From positions 1-64,000 of the IMG/VR virus record IMGVR_UViG_3300018878_000140: 64,000 nt of DNA, one strand, 5' to 3'. Positions 29,538 to 40,613 of the stretch are shown piece after piece; within the stretch, counting starts at the first letter, position 1; the number at the start of each line of letters is the position of its first letter. The translations under genes and the position numbers were made by a program. The stretch is from an uncultured virus (IMG/VR IMGVR_UViG_3300018878_000140). Its lineage: Duplodnaviria > Heunggongvirae > Uroviricota > Caudoviricetes. Below the pieces are notes generated by a model. It did not search any database and had not been told where the DNA came from. It saw only the letters and a list, made by a program, of their open reading frames with translations.

Positions 29538-30245
29538 TTACTTATCAAGCGCTGTATCGTCTTTAACAACCTGTTTCAGATGACCATCAGGAGTAATAGC
29601 AAATACTTTTTCTCCATCTTCTACTGAAACTGATGCTACAAAGTATCCAGGAAGCTCAATATCAACAACTTCGTCTTCTTTAGCTTCACGATCAAGTACC
29701 TGAAGAAGTGTATCTATTACAAGACCACAAGCATCAAACATGTACTGTGTATGCTGGAACTGAATAGATGCTACATCATAAGAAACTTTATCGAAGATAG
29801 CTTTAAAAGCATCTGAGCTATACAGATATTTCTTAAGAGACTTACTCTTCTCCAAAGTATCAAGAGTTTTAGAATCAAATGTCATTGTAAAACTCCAGTT
29901 ACCAGGCTCATCAGGATTATCTTTATTTTCATGATATTCAACAATACCTGCAAACTTAAAGTTGCCTGATGTGTCTACAAGAACAATAGCTACAGCTTCG
30001 TCTGCCTTCGAAACTTTAACCTTTGATAAATATGCTGCTGTTGCTGTAAAGAAAGACTTTACAATACGCTCAGGACGATCATCATCGCCAAAAGCAAAGC
30101 CAATACTATTACTATTGACTACAAATGCCTGATGCATCTCTGTTTCTTCATATGTCTTAGCCGCACCCATATTGCTGAACAAGCCAAGTGCATATGCTGA
30201 ATTTTTGTACATTGCATCAAATGTTGTCTCTTTAAAATTTTTCAT
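29538..30245 (-). CDS. Hypothetical protein, possible HU/IHF-like DNA-binding fold
   Basis: C-terminal IELPGYF...FAITPDGHLKQVVK weakly resembles the HU arm and helix; SD ggagg. Confidence 0.4.
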   Translation of the reverse strand: MKNFKETTFDAMYKNSAYALGLFSNMGAAKTYEETEMHQAFVVNSNSIGFAFGDDDRPERIVKSFFTATAAYLSKVKVSKADEAVAIVLVDTSGNFKFAGIVEYHENKDNPDEPGNWSFTMTFDSKTLDTLEKSKSLKKYLYSSDAFKAIFDKVSYDVASIQFQHTQYMFDACGLVIDTLLQVLDREAKEDEVVDIELPGYFVASVSVEDGEKVFAITPDGHLKQVVKDDTALDK

Positions 30246-30325
30246 TTTGGTTTTCCTCCATAAAATAATAATTAATGTATATCTTTATACTCAATTATAT
30301 TATACATTTATAATTAAGTTTAAAG

Positions 30326-32617
30326 CTATTGTAAAACTATATTATTTGCTTCTAAGAATCCAGATTTATTAAATACCGGAATTCCATACTTTTTAGCTTT
30401 CTGCACTTTTGATGAAATAGAATTGATATCATCTGCTATAAGTGCAAATGTATCTTTAGTTACAGAATATTTATCACTTGCATCAAATCCATTATTAATT
30501 AAAAGCTGGATGAATGCAGAATCTCTAAATCCTGTAATTGCTATCCTTGGACCAGTAGATAATCCTTTAGAATTAATAATATGGAAATTATCTATACAAT
30601 ATTGTACATCTTTATCATATAATAAAAATCCTTCCACAATAGCATCCACTGTCTTTGGACCAATGCCATTTATATTAATTAATTTTTCATGATCAGTAAA
30701 GATTTGATGCATTAATTCTTGTAATGTGTAATTTCTAAAAATTAATTTCCAAGTCTCATCTGCCATTCCATCAAAGCTGAAAGCTGACATAAGCTTATAA
30801 TCCATTATTTCAGAATTTTTAAGTTGCTCTATATAAGATAGTAGATTTGAACTATTTATAGGTCCTAAAAATTGTACTTGCTCATAAGTTAAATTCATTA
30901 ATTTACTAAATGAAGTTAATTTAAGAGCTCTAACTGTTTCTTCTGAGAAATCTTTAAAACCAAATCTATCAATCATATCAACCATTCTCATTATAGAACG
31001 TTCATAACATTTTACATTTGGGCATTTAGCAGATTTTCCAGAATCAGATATAATTAATTCAGTACCACAACATGGACAATGAGTGATAAATTCAACAGGT
31101 TTTTCTTTTTGATCTCTATTATGCTGTGTGTCAGGTTTCGTAATATAGGTGATTACGTCATTTACATAATCAATATCTATCTCGTCACCAACAGCAAGAT
31201 TCAATTCTTTAAATCTTTTATATGAATGAATAGTCTGTTTGGTGTGAATACCTCCTATGAATTCACAGGCTTTAAAATGACACATCGGTATAATATCACC
31301 AGATTTACCAATAGAATATGAATATCCTAAGAATAAAGTTCTGGCGTTGCGAGGATTAAATTTAATTGCCATTGAATATTTATTAACTGAATTAATTCTA
31401 CCAAGCCTATTAATTTTATCTTTATCGATAAATGATACTACAACTCCATCTATCATATAAGGTAAAATCTTTCTAATAGTCTCTGCAGATTCTACAAACT
31501 GTTTGACCTGAAATAATATAGATTGATAGTCTCCTTTAAGAATACAAAATCTATTATATTCTCCAGAATGATAATATTTATTTAAGAAATTAAGTTCGGG
31601 AATTCTATCCATCTCCAGAGATGTAGCTATTGGTATTAATGTAATATAATCTATGTAATTGTAAGCATCACTTGCACCACATAAACCAATTATTGCATTT
31701 CTTCCATTCTTATAACTCTTACCTCTGGCTTCTGATAAACGCTGAAGGTTATAATAAGTTATAACAGCCTCAAATTTCATGCCAAATGTAATATCTGTTG
31801 GTACATCTTTAGCATTATGAAATTTATATCCGCCAAATATTGGAGTTAAATCGGTTGCAATATTATCTCCAGTATCTCCACGAGATAGTGCGCTTATAAT
31901 TGTATCTCCACATACTTCAGCCTCAACTGAAATACCATCATATTTTAATTCAGCTACCATTTCAAATTCTTCATTTGGATATATTATTCCTTGATCCAAA
32001 CACTTATGAATAAAATCCCTTTCAAATATCTGAACTGATGGTTTATCATATACGTTAGCTATAACAGCATCATTGTTTAAAACAAATTTACATTTATCTA
32101 ACGTACCAACCAATTCTGGATATTTATGTTCTGTATTAATAAGTCTTTTAGTAATAGGTTCTCTAACTAAAAAGCACATATTAACAGGTCTCATCTCACG
32201 CAATGGAGTATGCTGTTTCCAAATATCTCTAGTAAATAATTTATCATCCATATTATCTACAGCTACACACATTACTTTTTCAGTTTCAACTTCATTTTGA
32301 GGCTGCTCCTTGAATATTATAGGAGCAGCACCAACTTGATAGTTAGGATCATAGTTATAATACTTTACAGCCAGCTGATCATATATACCATCATCTAATG
32401 GAAGTAAAGTATTGCTTGTATTATTGTATGCAATATTACTAATTCTTAATATTAAATTAGCCATATTAATCATACCTTCATTCCAATCTTGGCAATTAAT
32501 TAAATTAACTGCCATGTTGCTAAGTTCTGCACAAGTTTTAGTATCATTCAGTAGTTCTGGATTTCCTTTTTCCAACTCCGACAACATCTTTTCTAACTTG
32601 ACCATATTCCTCACCAA
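30326..32617 (-). CDS. ligA: NAD-dependent DNA ligase
   Basis: D.IYDQL, HKYP..GTLDK, KYDG adenylation motif, SRGD, DGVV, AIKF, Zn finger CPCC...CPN..C, HhH GIGPK and BRCT (ITG...KAKKYGIP). Confidence 0.93.
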   Translation of the reverse strand: MVRNMVKLEKMLSELEKGNPELLNDTKTCAELSNMAVNLINCQDWNEGMINMANLILRISNIAYNNTSNTLLPLDDGIYDQLAVKYYNYDPNYQVGAAPIIFKEQPQNEVETEKVMCVAVDNMDDKLFTRDIWKQHTPLREMRPVNMCFLVREPITKRLINTEHKYPELVGTLDKCKFVLNNDAVIANVYDKPSVQIFERDFIHKCLDQGIIYPNEEFEMVAELKYDGISVEAEVCGDTIISALSRGDTGDNIATDLTPIFGGYKFHNAKDVPTDITFGMKFEAVITYYNLQRLSEARGKSYKNGRNAIIGLCGASDAYNYIDYITLIPIATSLEMDRIPELNFLNKYYHSGEYNRFCILKGDYQSILFQVKQFVESAETIRKILPYMIDGVVVSFIDKDKINRLGRINSVNKYSMAIKFNPRNARTLFLGYSYSIGKSGDIIPMCHFKACEFIGGIHTKQTIHSYKRFKELNLAVGDEIDIDYVNDVITYITKPDTQHNRDQKEKPVEFITHCPCCGTELIISDSGKSAKCPNVKCYERSIMRMVDMIDRFGFKDFSEETVRALKLTSFSKLMNLTYEQVQFLGPINSSNLLSYIEQLKNSEIMDYKLMSAFSFDGMADETWKLIFRNYTLQELMHQIFTDHEKLININGIGPKTVDAIVEGFLLYDKDVQYCIDNFHIINSKGLSTGPRIAITGFRDSAFIQLLINNGFDASDKYSVTKDTFALIADDINSISSKVQKAKKYGIPVFNKSGFLEANNIVLQ

Positions 32618-34802
32618 CTTTCTTACACATTACTTTACCAGCCATCATTTTTCCATTACCACGTTTATAATCATCGAGAGCCGCATTGTATTGCATTTGT
32701 AATTCATCAAACCTACCTAAAACATCACGTATATTAGTCTTAGGTTTATGAAGTCTAGGTGGTACAATTTTAGCCATGACATTAAGAACCATATCTTTTC
32801 TTTGTTTTGGTATCCTTTTAAATGTCAATCTAAGACCCATAGTTTCCATCAATGCATTAATTATTTCAGCATTTCTATTTTTAGAATTCTGATCTAATTT
32901 AATATCAATATTATATGGATCACCAACTAAAAGTTGCTCAACAAGTCTTCTACCTTGAGGTGATGACGAATAAAGCATAAGATTCATTACAACATATTGA
33001 ACTCCCATATGAAGCAAGTCACCAGATTCCATAAAACCAAACATGATAGGTGTTTTGGTATACTTAGCTTCATACATCTTGTTTGCTTTAGAACGTGTAT
33101 TAAGATTCTTTAAGTTTGTTGCAGAAAGTGAAGTAACTGAGAATTTTTCTTCTGCGTACTGTTTTAATCTATAATGATAGATTTTACTTACAACCATAGG
33201 TCTTAATGCTTTAACCATTCTAATATTACCATTAGAATCTTCCATAGGCATCATAATTTTATATGGTTTTATAAACTCAAATTCATCATATATTTTTTCT
33301 ATAGTATCTATATTAATAGATGTAGTAAATGGTTGAGTTGTTAAAATAATAGCATCATCTTCTAAAATACTATTAATTATATTTCTACATTCAAATTCAT
33401 CTTCTGGATCTATATAATAAAGCATTTCATCAGCCTGCTCTTTATCAACCATCGAGATAAATTTATATAACATTTTAACTTGTTCACCATATGTCATATG
33501 TCCTATCCTAAAATAGTCTAAAAGACGCATTCCGATAAATGATAAAGATTGCTCATGAAGCTGTCCGATATTTTCACGGTTGATACAAGTAGACTGATTT
33601 TTAATAACCTCTACTCTTTTACCATTTTCAAGCATAGGCATTAACTCATCATCAAGTATCTGAGATACAACACCTTTACCACCGTATCTATCACACATTT
33701 TATCGCCAGGTTCCATAGGAAGTTTCTGAATAACTGTAACTTCCATAATAACATGGTTAAATACTTTTTCTTTATAGAATTGCTTACCAGAAATAATATC
33801 TCTACATCTACCATAAAATTTCTTTAAGTTATATGATAAATTAGAAGTCATAGCTAATGGTCCAACAATGTCATTAACTTCTTTACAAAATCTAAGACTT
33901 TGATTATAATAATAAAATAACTGTGCATTATAATGTGAATCTCCAAGAGCTTCAGGATTATTACAATATATATTTATATCTGCTACAGTGCCTTCCATAA
34001 GGATATTTCTATCCGAAAGCATTATATCTCTAAGATTTTGCTGACTTAAAGAATACAGTATATTTTCATTTTCCATACGACGTATAGAACAAAATATACC
34101 ATTTTTAACTTCTTCTCCGATATCAGGAAATGTTTTATATACATTTTCATCTCCATAAAGATTAAGAAGAATATCGTTATCATTTATTGTTATAGGCGTA
34201 TTTTTAACCAAAGGTATTGCTAATTTTTCAGCACATGATTTTGATAATATTATAGAGTCTTCCATATTTTGAGCACATGATACATACAACGTGGTTAAAT
34301 TAATACCATTCATTTTATTACCATACTCATCAAAACCAATAGATGTTTTAATAGGTGCACCTTTATTTATCTTATCGCCTACTCTTAAATCATCTAATTT
34401 ATTATTATTCCATAAGAATCCATATGATTCAGTATTGTAATTATATGCAACTCTTTCAATAACATCATACACACCATTTATATTATCATATATTAATAAA
34501 TAATAATGATGATCTTTACCTTCAATTGTTTGAAACTTATGCACAACGGTATAGTCTGATGGAGATGCTATATATGAAGTTGAATTTCTGCCGAATTCAT
34601 TTTCATATCCAGTTTGAATAATAGGCACTTCTCCATTATAAAGCACTGTAAGATGCTCAGTATGTACTGAAGTCATTAGTGCTCTAGAACCAGAGTTGGC
34701 AGGTCTAAATGGTTGCATTGAAGTTCGTCCAAGCATATAATTATAATTAGGTAAATAATTAGTACTTTCTATGATTTGTTCATTAATATTAATATTTGCC
34801 AT
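32544..34802 (-). CDS. RNA polymerase beta subunit, C-terminal part (non-virion type)
   Basis: NSGSRALM, NMEDSII, GDKMCDRYGGKGVVS (RpoB GDK..GRHG.KGV), YRLKQ...K and FGFMES. Confidence 0.9.
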   Translation of the reverse strand: MANININEQIIESTNYLPNYNYMLGRTSMQPFRPANSGSRALMTSVHTEHLTVLYNGEVPIIQTGYENEFGRNSTSYIASPSDYTVVHKFQTIEGKDHHYYLLIYDNINGVYDVIERVAYNYNTESYGFLWNNNKLDDLRVGDKINKGAPIKTSIGFDEYGNKMNGINLTTLYVSCAQNMEDSIILSKSCAEKLAIPLVKNTPITINDNDILLNLYGDENVYKTFPDIGEEVKNGIFCSIRRMENENILYSLSQQNLRDIMLSDRNILMEGTVADINIYCNNPEALGDSHYNAQLFYYYNQSLRFCKEVNDIVGPLAMTSNLSYNLKKFYGRCRDIISGKQFYKEKVFNHVIMEVTVIQKLPMEPGDKMCDRYGGKGVVSQILDDELMPMLENGKRVEVIKNQSTCINRENIGQLHEQSLSFIGMRLLDYFRIGHMTYGEQVKMLYKFISMVDKEQADEMLYYIDPEDEFECRNIINSILEDDAIILTTQPFTTSINIDTIEKIYDEFEFIKPYKIMMPMEDSNGNIRMVKALRPMVVSKIYHYRLKQYAEEKFSVTSLSATNLKNLNTRSKANKMYEAKYTKTPIMFGFMESGDLLHMGVQYVVMNLMLYSSSPQGRRLVEQLLVGDPYNIDIKLDQNSKNRNAEIINALMETMGLRLTFKRIPKQRKDMVLNVMAKIVPPRLHKPKTNIRDVLGRFDELQMQYNAALDDYKRGNGKMMAGKVMCKKVGEEYGQVRKDVVGVGKRKSRTTE

Positions 34803-34877
34803 CTTGGTTTTCCTCCTTATAAATTATTAAAGAGATGGAATTGCTCCCATCTCTCTAATATATAATATACCATTATT

Positions 34878-35090
34878 CTATTTTTTAACAATTTCACACA
34901 TTACCTTTTTACGATCATTACATTTACGATTGATGTACTCTTCTACACTCTTTTTAGGAATTTTCCATACAGTTCCAACTTTAAATGCATCAATTTCCTG
35001 ATCATTTAATAACTGATATGCCGTGTTCTTTCCTATTCCAAGAATCTCACAGAGCCCATCAATTTCCATAACTAAACGCTCTTTGGGCAT
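34878..35090 (-). CDS. Excisionase-like HTH_17 DNA-binding protein
   Basis: LCEILGIGKNTAYQLL...IDAFKVG.VWKIPK; C-terminal KKVMCEIVKK tag. Confidence 0.85.
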   Translation of the reverse strand: MPKERLVMEIDGLCEILGIGKNTAYQLLNDQEIDAFKVGTVWKIPKKSVEEYINRKCNDRKKVMCEIVKK

Positions 35091-35108
35091 ATTATATTCA
35101 TCCTTTCA

Positions 35109-36353
35109 TTATACTGGTTTATTAAGTTGCTGTAATATTGCCTGATAAGGTGATACCATTCCAGCTCCAAATTGTTCTTCTATATTCTTTTTAGCTTCTC
35201 TTTCAAGAATATCTTTTGTAAGAGCATCATAGCATACAGAAACAAACTGATTATAGAAATCTGGATTGGTATATAAAGTTTGTTTAAATTGTTTCTGAGA
35301 GAATTTAATATCACTTCCAGGAAGTTTAAGATAAGCTCCTGCTCCCTCAAGTATATTATTTTCTTTAAGATACATAAATAATGAAAGATCAGGGTCGTAT
35401 CCATTATTTTGGTCAAATACTAATGTAGCACTCTTACCAGCTTTATTTGTTCTAGATTTAACTATATCTACGTTTACAATAGAACCATCTATACCAAAAG
35501 CTTCAGATTCTTTAAGTTTACTCTTTCCATCAAGTCTAAAGATATTATTCTGAAGATAAGTTGATGTAGTTCTACCGCCAGGTAATGATTCATTCTGTTT
35601 AAGATATGCAAGGTCTGCCTTAACTGGCATGAATGAACCAATACCATTCATGGTAATATGGTTGATAATAAGCATAATGATATTAGCTTCTCTACACAGT
35701 GGAATTAATCTTAAGAATACATCAGAATTTGTTTTTGCAGTGATTGCACCATTCATATTACTACCTTCATCATCTGATAATTTCTTAGGCATAATAGCTT
35801 TAAGTGAATCTAAGATATATACTGTAGGTTCAAACTTAATAATCGGTTTACCATATTCATCTTTAATTCCTGTATCATATGTATATTCTTCAGGATTATC
35901 TACTTTAATATCATGAATAAGTCTTACACGATCATACACACTTTCTGTTGTAATACCAGCATCACGCATAATGCATCTTTTATCAAATTCTTCTTGAGAT
36001 AAACCTGATAATTGAATAGCTCTACTACGAAGAAAACCTGATTCAGCATTATCCATATATACACAAGATGTAGGGAAATTTCTAATTATATTGAAAGCCC
36101 ATTGTGTACAAATAGTAGATTTACCTTCGCCTGAACGAGAAATTACGGCATTAATTGAACCATCAACAATTCCAACTTGGAAATACTTATTATTATTAAT
36201 ATTAAGAATAGTACCATTAAGGAAATCTATATTAAGAAATCCAGTACTATAACCAACTGAATGTTGCTGTTCATTAATCATAGATATATCTTTAGTTTTC
36301 TTTACTTGTTCTCTAAAAGCAGCACTTAATAATGACATATTTTTGCCCTCCAT
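35109..36353 (-). CDS. RecA/UvsX-like recombinase
   Basis: STGF..IDFLNG, Walker A SRSGEGKST, YILDSL, IINHI, PGG and VKSR. Confidence 0.88.
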   Translation of the reverse strand: MEGKNMSLLSAAFREQVKKTKDISMINEQQHSVGYSTGFLNIDFLNGTILNINNNKYFQVGIVDGSINAVISRSGEGKSTICTQWAFNIIRNFPTSCVYMDNAESGFLRSRAIQLSGLSQEEFDKRCIMRDAGITTESVYDRVRLIHDIKVDNPEEYTYDTGIKDEYGKPIIKFEPTVYILDSLKAIMPKKLSDDEGSNMNGAITAKTNSDVFLRLIPLCREANIIMLIINHITMNGIGSFMPVKADLAYLKQNESLPGGRTTSTYLQNNIFRLDGKSKLKESEAFGIDGSIVNVDIVKSRTNKAGKSATLVFDQNNGYDPDLSLFMYLKENNILEGAGAYLKLPGSDIKFSQKQFKQTLYTNPDFYNQFVSVCYDALTKDILEREAKKNIEEQFGAGMVSPYQAILQQLNKPV

Positions 36354-36497
36354 TAAAACATAATTTATTTTATAATTACAAAAATGTACTAGACGAAATA
36401 AATTATTACAATTTCATAAAGGTATCGTATAACAAAAAATAAAGAATTGATAGTAATTTAATACGGTAGGGAATTAACCCTACCGTACTATATTTTA

Positions 36498-36842
36498 CTA
36501 ATTATTTTCTTCAGATTCTCCTGCCCATTCAAGCAATTCTTCTTTTTGATTTGGAGATAGTTCTTCTGCTTCTTTAGAAATTAATAAATGAGCCATGCAA
36601 ACATCTCCATTCACATATATAGATTTCCATTTTGTTATTAATTCAAGATTCATTTTAGACTCTTCACATCCAAAACAACCTATACAGTTTTTTCTTAATT
36701 GCTTTCTTTTTTCAATAACCAGTTCTTCATTTTCTAATACAGGTTCTTTATAATTTAAAACCTCACAACACTCTTTAATTGTGTCTAGGTCCACAGAACT
36801 ATCATAAAGTCTACCAGTATAAAAACCAATTCTTGTTGCCAT
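36498..36842 (-). CDS. Hypothetical Cys-containing protein
   Basis: 114-aa ORF with CC and CIGCFGC; SD aggag. Confidence 0.7.
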   Translation of the reverse strand: MATRIGFYTGRLYDSSVDLDTIKECCEVLNYKEPVLENEELVIEKRKQLRKNCIGCFGCEESKMNLELITKWKSIYVNGDVCMAHLLISKEAEELSPNQKEELLEWAGESEENN

Positions 36843-36863
36843 ATTATTTCTCCTAACATCTGT

Positions 36864-37814
36864 TTACGGAACTATGATATTTTCATATACTCTAAGTCTA
36901 TCAATCATATCATTTATTTTTTGATAATCATCAGATAATCTTCTCATACTAAATCTAACCGGCTTTCCATAATGGACTAGCTTATACGATTCTGTATAAT
37001 TCAATAATACATGTCTAATATTATCACTAGTAAACTCATTAAGTATATCTAATACAGCAAGAGATAATGTTGAATCTACCTCTTGTATATCATCAGTTAT
37101 CCAATGAGTTGACTCATCCGCATCATCATAATCATCTAAAACATCCATCATTATATGAGGGAATATTTTAACATAATTTCTCTGATCTCTATCAAGCTCA
37201 TATAAAATCTTTAAGATTTGTACTATGGTTTCTTGAGTCATGATTGATTTATGCTGACCAATTATAATAAAATTAACTCTCTTAACACATACCTTAGGAT
37301 TAAGATTAGACCATCTTGCTATAAGAAGTAAGTTAGCTACATTATTATTTAATCCAAGTCCAAGCAATCTTGGAAGATATGGTGCATTAATAATATTAGC
37401 AAGCATATACATTCTGCTTACAACAGCAGGATTTTTATTCACATGGCTAAATGTGATATAATCATAACAAATATTATTTATCTTGGCAATATTATCTCTA
37501 TCAAAATAGTTACCTTGATGAATATAACGTTGTACTACATCAATAAATGCATCTAAGAATCTTACATTTGTAAAACAGTTAATATAATCTGCTGATTCTT
37601 TAGAACCAAAGAATATATTATTTAATATAGTCCTAAATGAGTTTTGAACAAACATACGAAGTTCAGTATCATTCATATTATTCATATCATATATTGATCC
37701 TAAGAGGATTGATTTATTGAACGATGGTGAATTTGCAGGTACTATTTTTACCATCTCCACTAAATGTTTTTCATCATAGTTTTTCTTATCTTCCCAGTAT
37801 TTTTCAAATGCCAT
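36864..37814 (-). CDS. Hypothetical protein downstream of the tubulin gene
   Basis: 316 aa, SD ggagg, N-proximal EMVKIV tag. Confidence 0.75.
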   Translation of the reverse strand: MAFEKYWEDKKNYDEKHLVEMVKIVPANSPSFNKSILLGSIYDMNNMNDTELRMFVQNSFRTILNNIFFGSKESADYINCFTNVRFLDAFIDVVQRYIHQGNYFDRDNIAKINNICYDYITFSHVNKNPAVVSRMYMLANIINAPYLPRLLGLGLNNNVANLLLIARWSNLNPKVCVKRVNFIIIGQHKSIMTQETIVQILKILYELDRDQRNYVKIFPHIMMDVLDDYDDADESTHWITDDIQEVDSTLSLAVLDILNEFTSDNIRHVLLNYTESYKLVHYGKPVRFSMRRLSDDYQKINDMIDRLRVYENIIVP

Positions 37815-37852
37815 ATTAATTACCTCCCTTAAAAGTCAATGAAGAGGATAAA

Positions 37853-39031
37853 TTAATATTCATCCTCTTCTGTTACAACATTATTCACTGCTCTTTTTGC
37901 TGGTGTACCGCCCTGTTCTTTAGTATCAGTATTACCAAAGTTAGCTAATACATCATCAGGATTTCTCATTTGAGGAATATTGGTTTCTTCAATATCATCA
38001 TCGAAATCCATATCTCCAAATATATCAGAAAATCCTTTAACTTCACTGTTAAGTTTTTCTTTAAGAGTATCATATTTTCTAACCATACTCTTAATACCAT
38101 CTTCAGGATAAAGAAGACCTGCTACAACTATATCCATATATTCTTTAGAATCATCATATTGAATATGACGGAATATTTCAAGAGGTTCTCCTGTATACCT
38201 TTTAATAACTTCAAATCTATTATCGATAGCATCTTGAGTTTTCTGTGTTGCGTTAATAATAACAGCAAGACGTTTACAACCCTTATTACTATATTCCATA
38301 CAACTCATTGATTCAAATGAATCAATAATTGCCTGATTTGTAAGTTCTATATTTTTAGCTCCCTCAAGATCTACATGACGAATATCCATATAACCAGATG
38401 TAGTTATAATCTTATAATGATCTGTATCATCTATATTCTGATTTGACGGAATCATTTTAGAACCAATAAGAATTTCTAATTGTTCTACAAATTCTTTATT
38501 GGCTGCAATTTCTGCTTTAGAATAATTCTTAGTAAAATCTAAGAATTTAGAATTATCTATAGTATGAAGAATAACTCCATCGGGAAGATCTTTAAAGAAC
38601 TTCAAGCTGTTATTAATTCCTCTAACTTCATCTTGAAATCCTATAAATGCAAATACATGCACAGGTATATTTAATGCTGTAAAGTATTTTGCAATTACAG
38701 GGGTTGCTCCACAACCAGTACCGCCTTCAACAGATGTTACAAGAACAACTGCTTTAGTATTAGGATTAATAAGAGCACTAAAATCAATATCTCTATCTCT
38801 TATAGCCTGGAACATAGCTTTCTGACCTTTAACAGGTTCTTTACCACATCCACCAAGCATAGAGCTAAATTTAATAATCTTTTCAGGCTCTTTCTTATAT
38901 TTCTCAGGAATATCTTTAACTGTTGTATTTACGAGTTTTACATTATCCTCGTTTATAATTTTTGCTTCTAATGCTGCAATAGCTGCTTTATTACCTGCAG
39001 CTCCTACACCAAATAATGCTAAATCCATCAT
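37853..39031 (-). CDS. Tubulin/FtsZ-family GTPase (PhuZ/TubZ-like)
   Basis: GVGAAGNK, GGCGKEP.KG, signature SVEGGTGCG, IDN, T7-like NIDDTD and an acidic tail. Confidence 0.9.
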   Translation of the reverse strand: MMDLALFGVGAAGNKAAIAALEAKIINEDNVKLVNTTVKDIPEKYKKEPEKIIKFSSMLGGCGKEPVKGQKAMFQAIRDRDIDFSALINPNTKAVVLVTSVEGGTGCGATPVIAKYFTALNIPVHVFAFIGFQDEVRGINNSLKFFKDLPDGVILHTIDNSKFLDFTKNYSKAEIAANKEFVEQLEILIGSKMIPSNQNIDDTDHYKIITTSGYMDIRHVDLEGAKNIELTNQAIIDSFESMSCMEYSNKGCKRLAVIINATQKTQDAIDNRFEVIKRYTGEPLEIFRHIQYDDSKEYMDIVVAGLLYPEDGIKSMVRKYDTLKEKLNSEVKGFSDIFGDMDFDDDIEETNIPQMRNPDDVLANFGNTDTKEQGGTPAKRAVNNVVTEEDEY

Positions 39032-39108
39032 ATTATTTTCCTCCTTAAATTACTTTAATAAATAATTTACCCGTGCCGTATTATTGGCACGGGTGATTGT
39101 ACTAATAA

Positions 39109-39237
39109 TTACTTATCAGTTTCTTCTTTGCTTTCAGCAGAAGATTCGTTTACAGTTGCATTTTCTTCTTCAGATAACATTACAGGTTCCATAAATTCAC
39201 CCTGTTCTCTGATAATGCCATAATTTTTATCACACAT
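39109..39237 (-). CDS. Small acidic protein (42 aa), not in the ORF track
   Basis: SD aggagg; MCDKNYGIIREQGEFMEPVMLSEEENATVNESSAESKEETDK. Confidence 0.6.
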   Translation of the reverse strand: MCDKNYGIIREQGEFMEPVMLSEEENATVNESSAESKEETDK

Positions 39238-39475
39238 ATAAAGTTCCTCCTTTTGTGCTAAATATTATTTATATTAGTGTAGAAAATATTACACTTAATT
39301 ACAGTATTATATTATACAATTAAAAATAAAATTATCAAAACAAAAAGTTTTATCCGGATGGATTAACCATCCGGAGTCAACTCTTTACAAGGGGCGTGTG
39401 TCTAAGGTTAAAACCAAAATGTAACTCATAATATAATTCGGCAGAAATTATATTACTATTTAGTTATAATGATTA

Positions 39476-39712
39476 TTATTTATTACATACAGGTTTTAAT
39501 GCGCCATGTAAAGGATTTATTGTACAATGATATATTTTATTTTGGGGATTTGGGTATACACTATAATCTAAATTATTTAAAAACTCATCATAATCTTTCA
39601 TATGTGGTTCTTTACAAGATTTAACAGTATTATGAATTTCATATAATGGATCATTATATGTAGCCTTAGGGCTATTAAATACATCTGCAATTGAATTATA
39701 CATTGGTTTCAT
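39476..39712 (-). CDS. Hypothetical protein (78 aa)
   Basis: Overlaps the upstream gene end; SD aaagga. Confidence 0.55.
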   Translation of the reverse strand: MKPMYNSIADVFNSPKATYNDPLYEIHNTVKSCKEPHMKDYDEFLNNLDYSVYPNPQNKIYHCTINPLHGALKPVCNK

Positions 39713-40613
39713 CCTTTCTAACTATTATACACATTTCTTTCTTAGGCATGCTATAATACGGAATATAATTATACATATATGGATTATACATTCTTGCAGC
39801 AATAGGCTGATAACCAACTACACTATCATAATAGTATGAAGCAGCATTTAAATCCAAATATACATTAATTCCAGTTTGTTTGGTAAATAGAGTTTCTTTA
39901 ATATTTATTTCGCCATTTCTATATTTAGTTGTAATAATTAAGTCTTTAGGATATGTATTTAAATTTATAGGCAAATTAATATATTTACAAATATCACTTT
40001 GTTTAAATGGTTTAAGTTTAACATACCCTGGAGCATATATTCTTTGAGATGGGTGGATATGTTTTTGTATATCATATAAATCTACTATATAATGCTTATA
40101 GTAGATTTCATCTTTAGCTTCAGTATATCCTTCAATATGTCTAAGATCAGCAAGAAAGTATTCAAAACATTTCCATCTATCACATACTGTTGTACCAAGG
40201 GCACCAATATATGGGAAAGCTTGAGATTCTGGATGATAGCACTTATCTATTATATTTCTCCAGATCTTATGTTCTGATACAAAATGGTATGGATCTGCAA
40301 ATCCTAAATATGAAGGATCGTAGTTTAAATCTGGTATATATTTAGCTAAAGCCCCAGATATTAATCTATCTATTGGAACTATAGAATTAGTTGCTAATAA
40401 ATTTTCTTCTTTATCAAAGATATCTACCTTTACTAAAGTAATTTTATATTCTCCATATCCATCCTCATAGTTTCTTTGATTATCTGCAATTTCTTTTACT
40501 AAGGTAAAATACTTTGATTTATATGCTCTAAAGTAATCTCCTACATGCAGAATTGTGCTTTCATCAAATTTTAATACTTGTTGTTTCATTTTTGTGTATC
40601 TCTCCTTAGACAT
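39696..40613 (-). CDS. Degenerate HNH-homing-endonuclease-derived protein
   Basis: W.NIIDKCY...YIGALGTTVCDRWKCFEYFLADL matches the YGGRGI.VC.RW..F..F..DM block, but the downstream HNH residues are degenerate. C-terminal KKEMCIIV tag. Confidence 0.6.
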   Translation of the reverse strand: MSKERYTKMKQQVLKFDESTILHVGDYFRAYKSKYFTLVKEIADNQRNYEDGYGEYKITLVKVDIFDKEENLLATNSIVPIDRLISGALAKYIPDLNYDPSYLGFADPYHFVSEHKIWRNIIDKCYHPESQAFPYIGALGTTVCDRWKCFEYFLADLRHIEGYTEAKDEIYYKHYIVDLYDIQKHIHPSQRIYAPGYVKLKPFKQSDICKYINLPINLNTYPKDLIITTKYRNGEINIKETLFTKQTGINVYLDLNAASYYYDSVVGYQPIAARMYNPYMYNYIPYYSMPKKEMCIIVRKDETNV

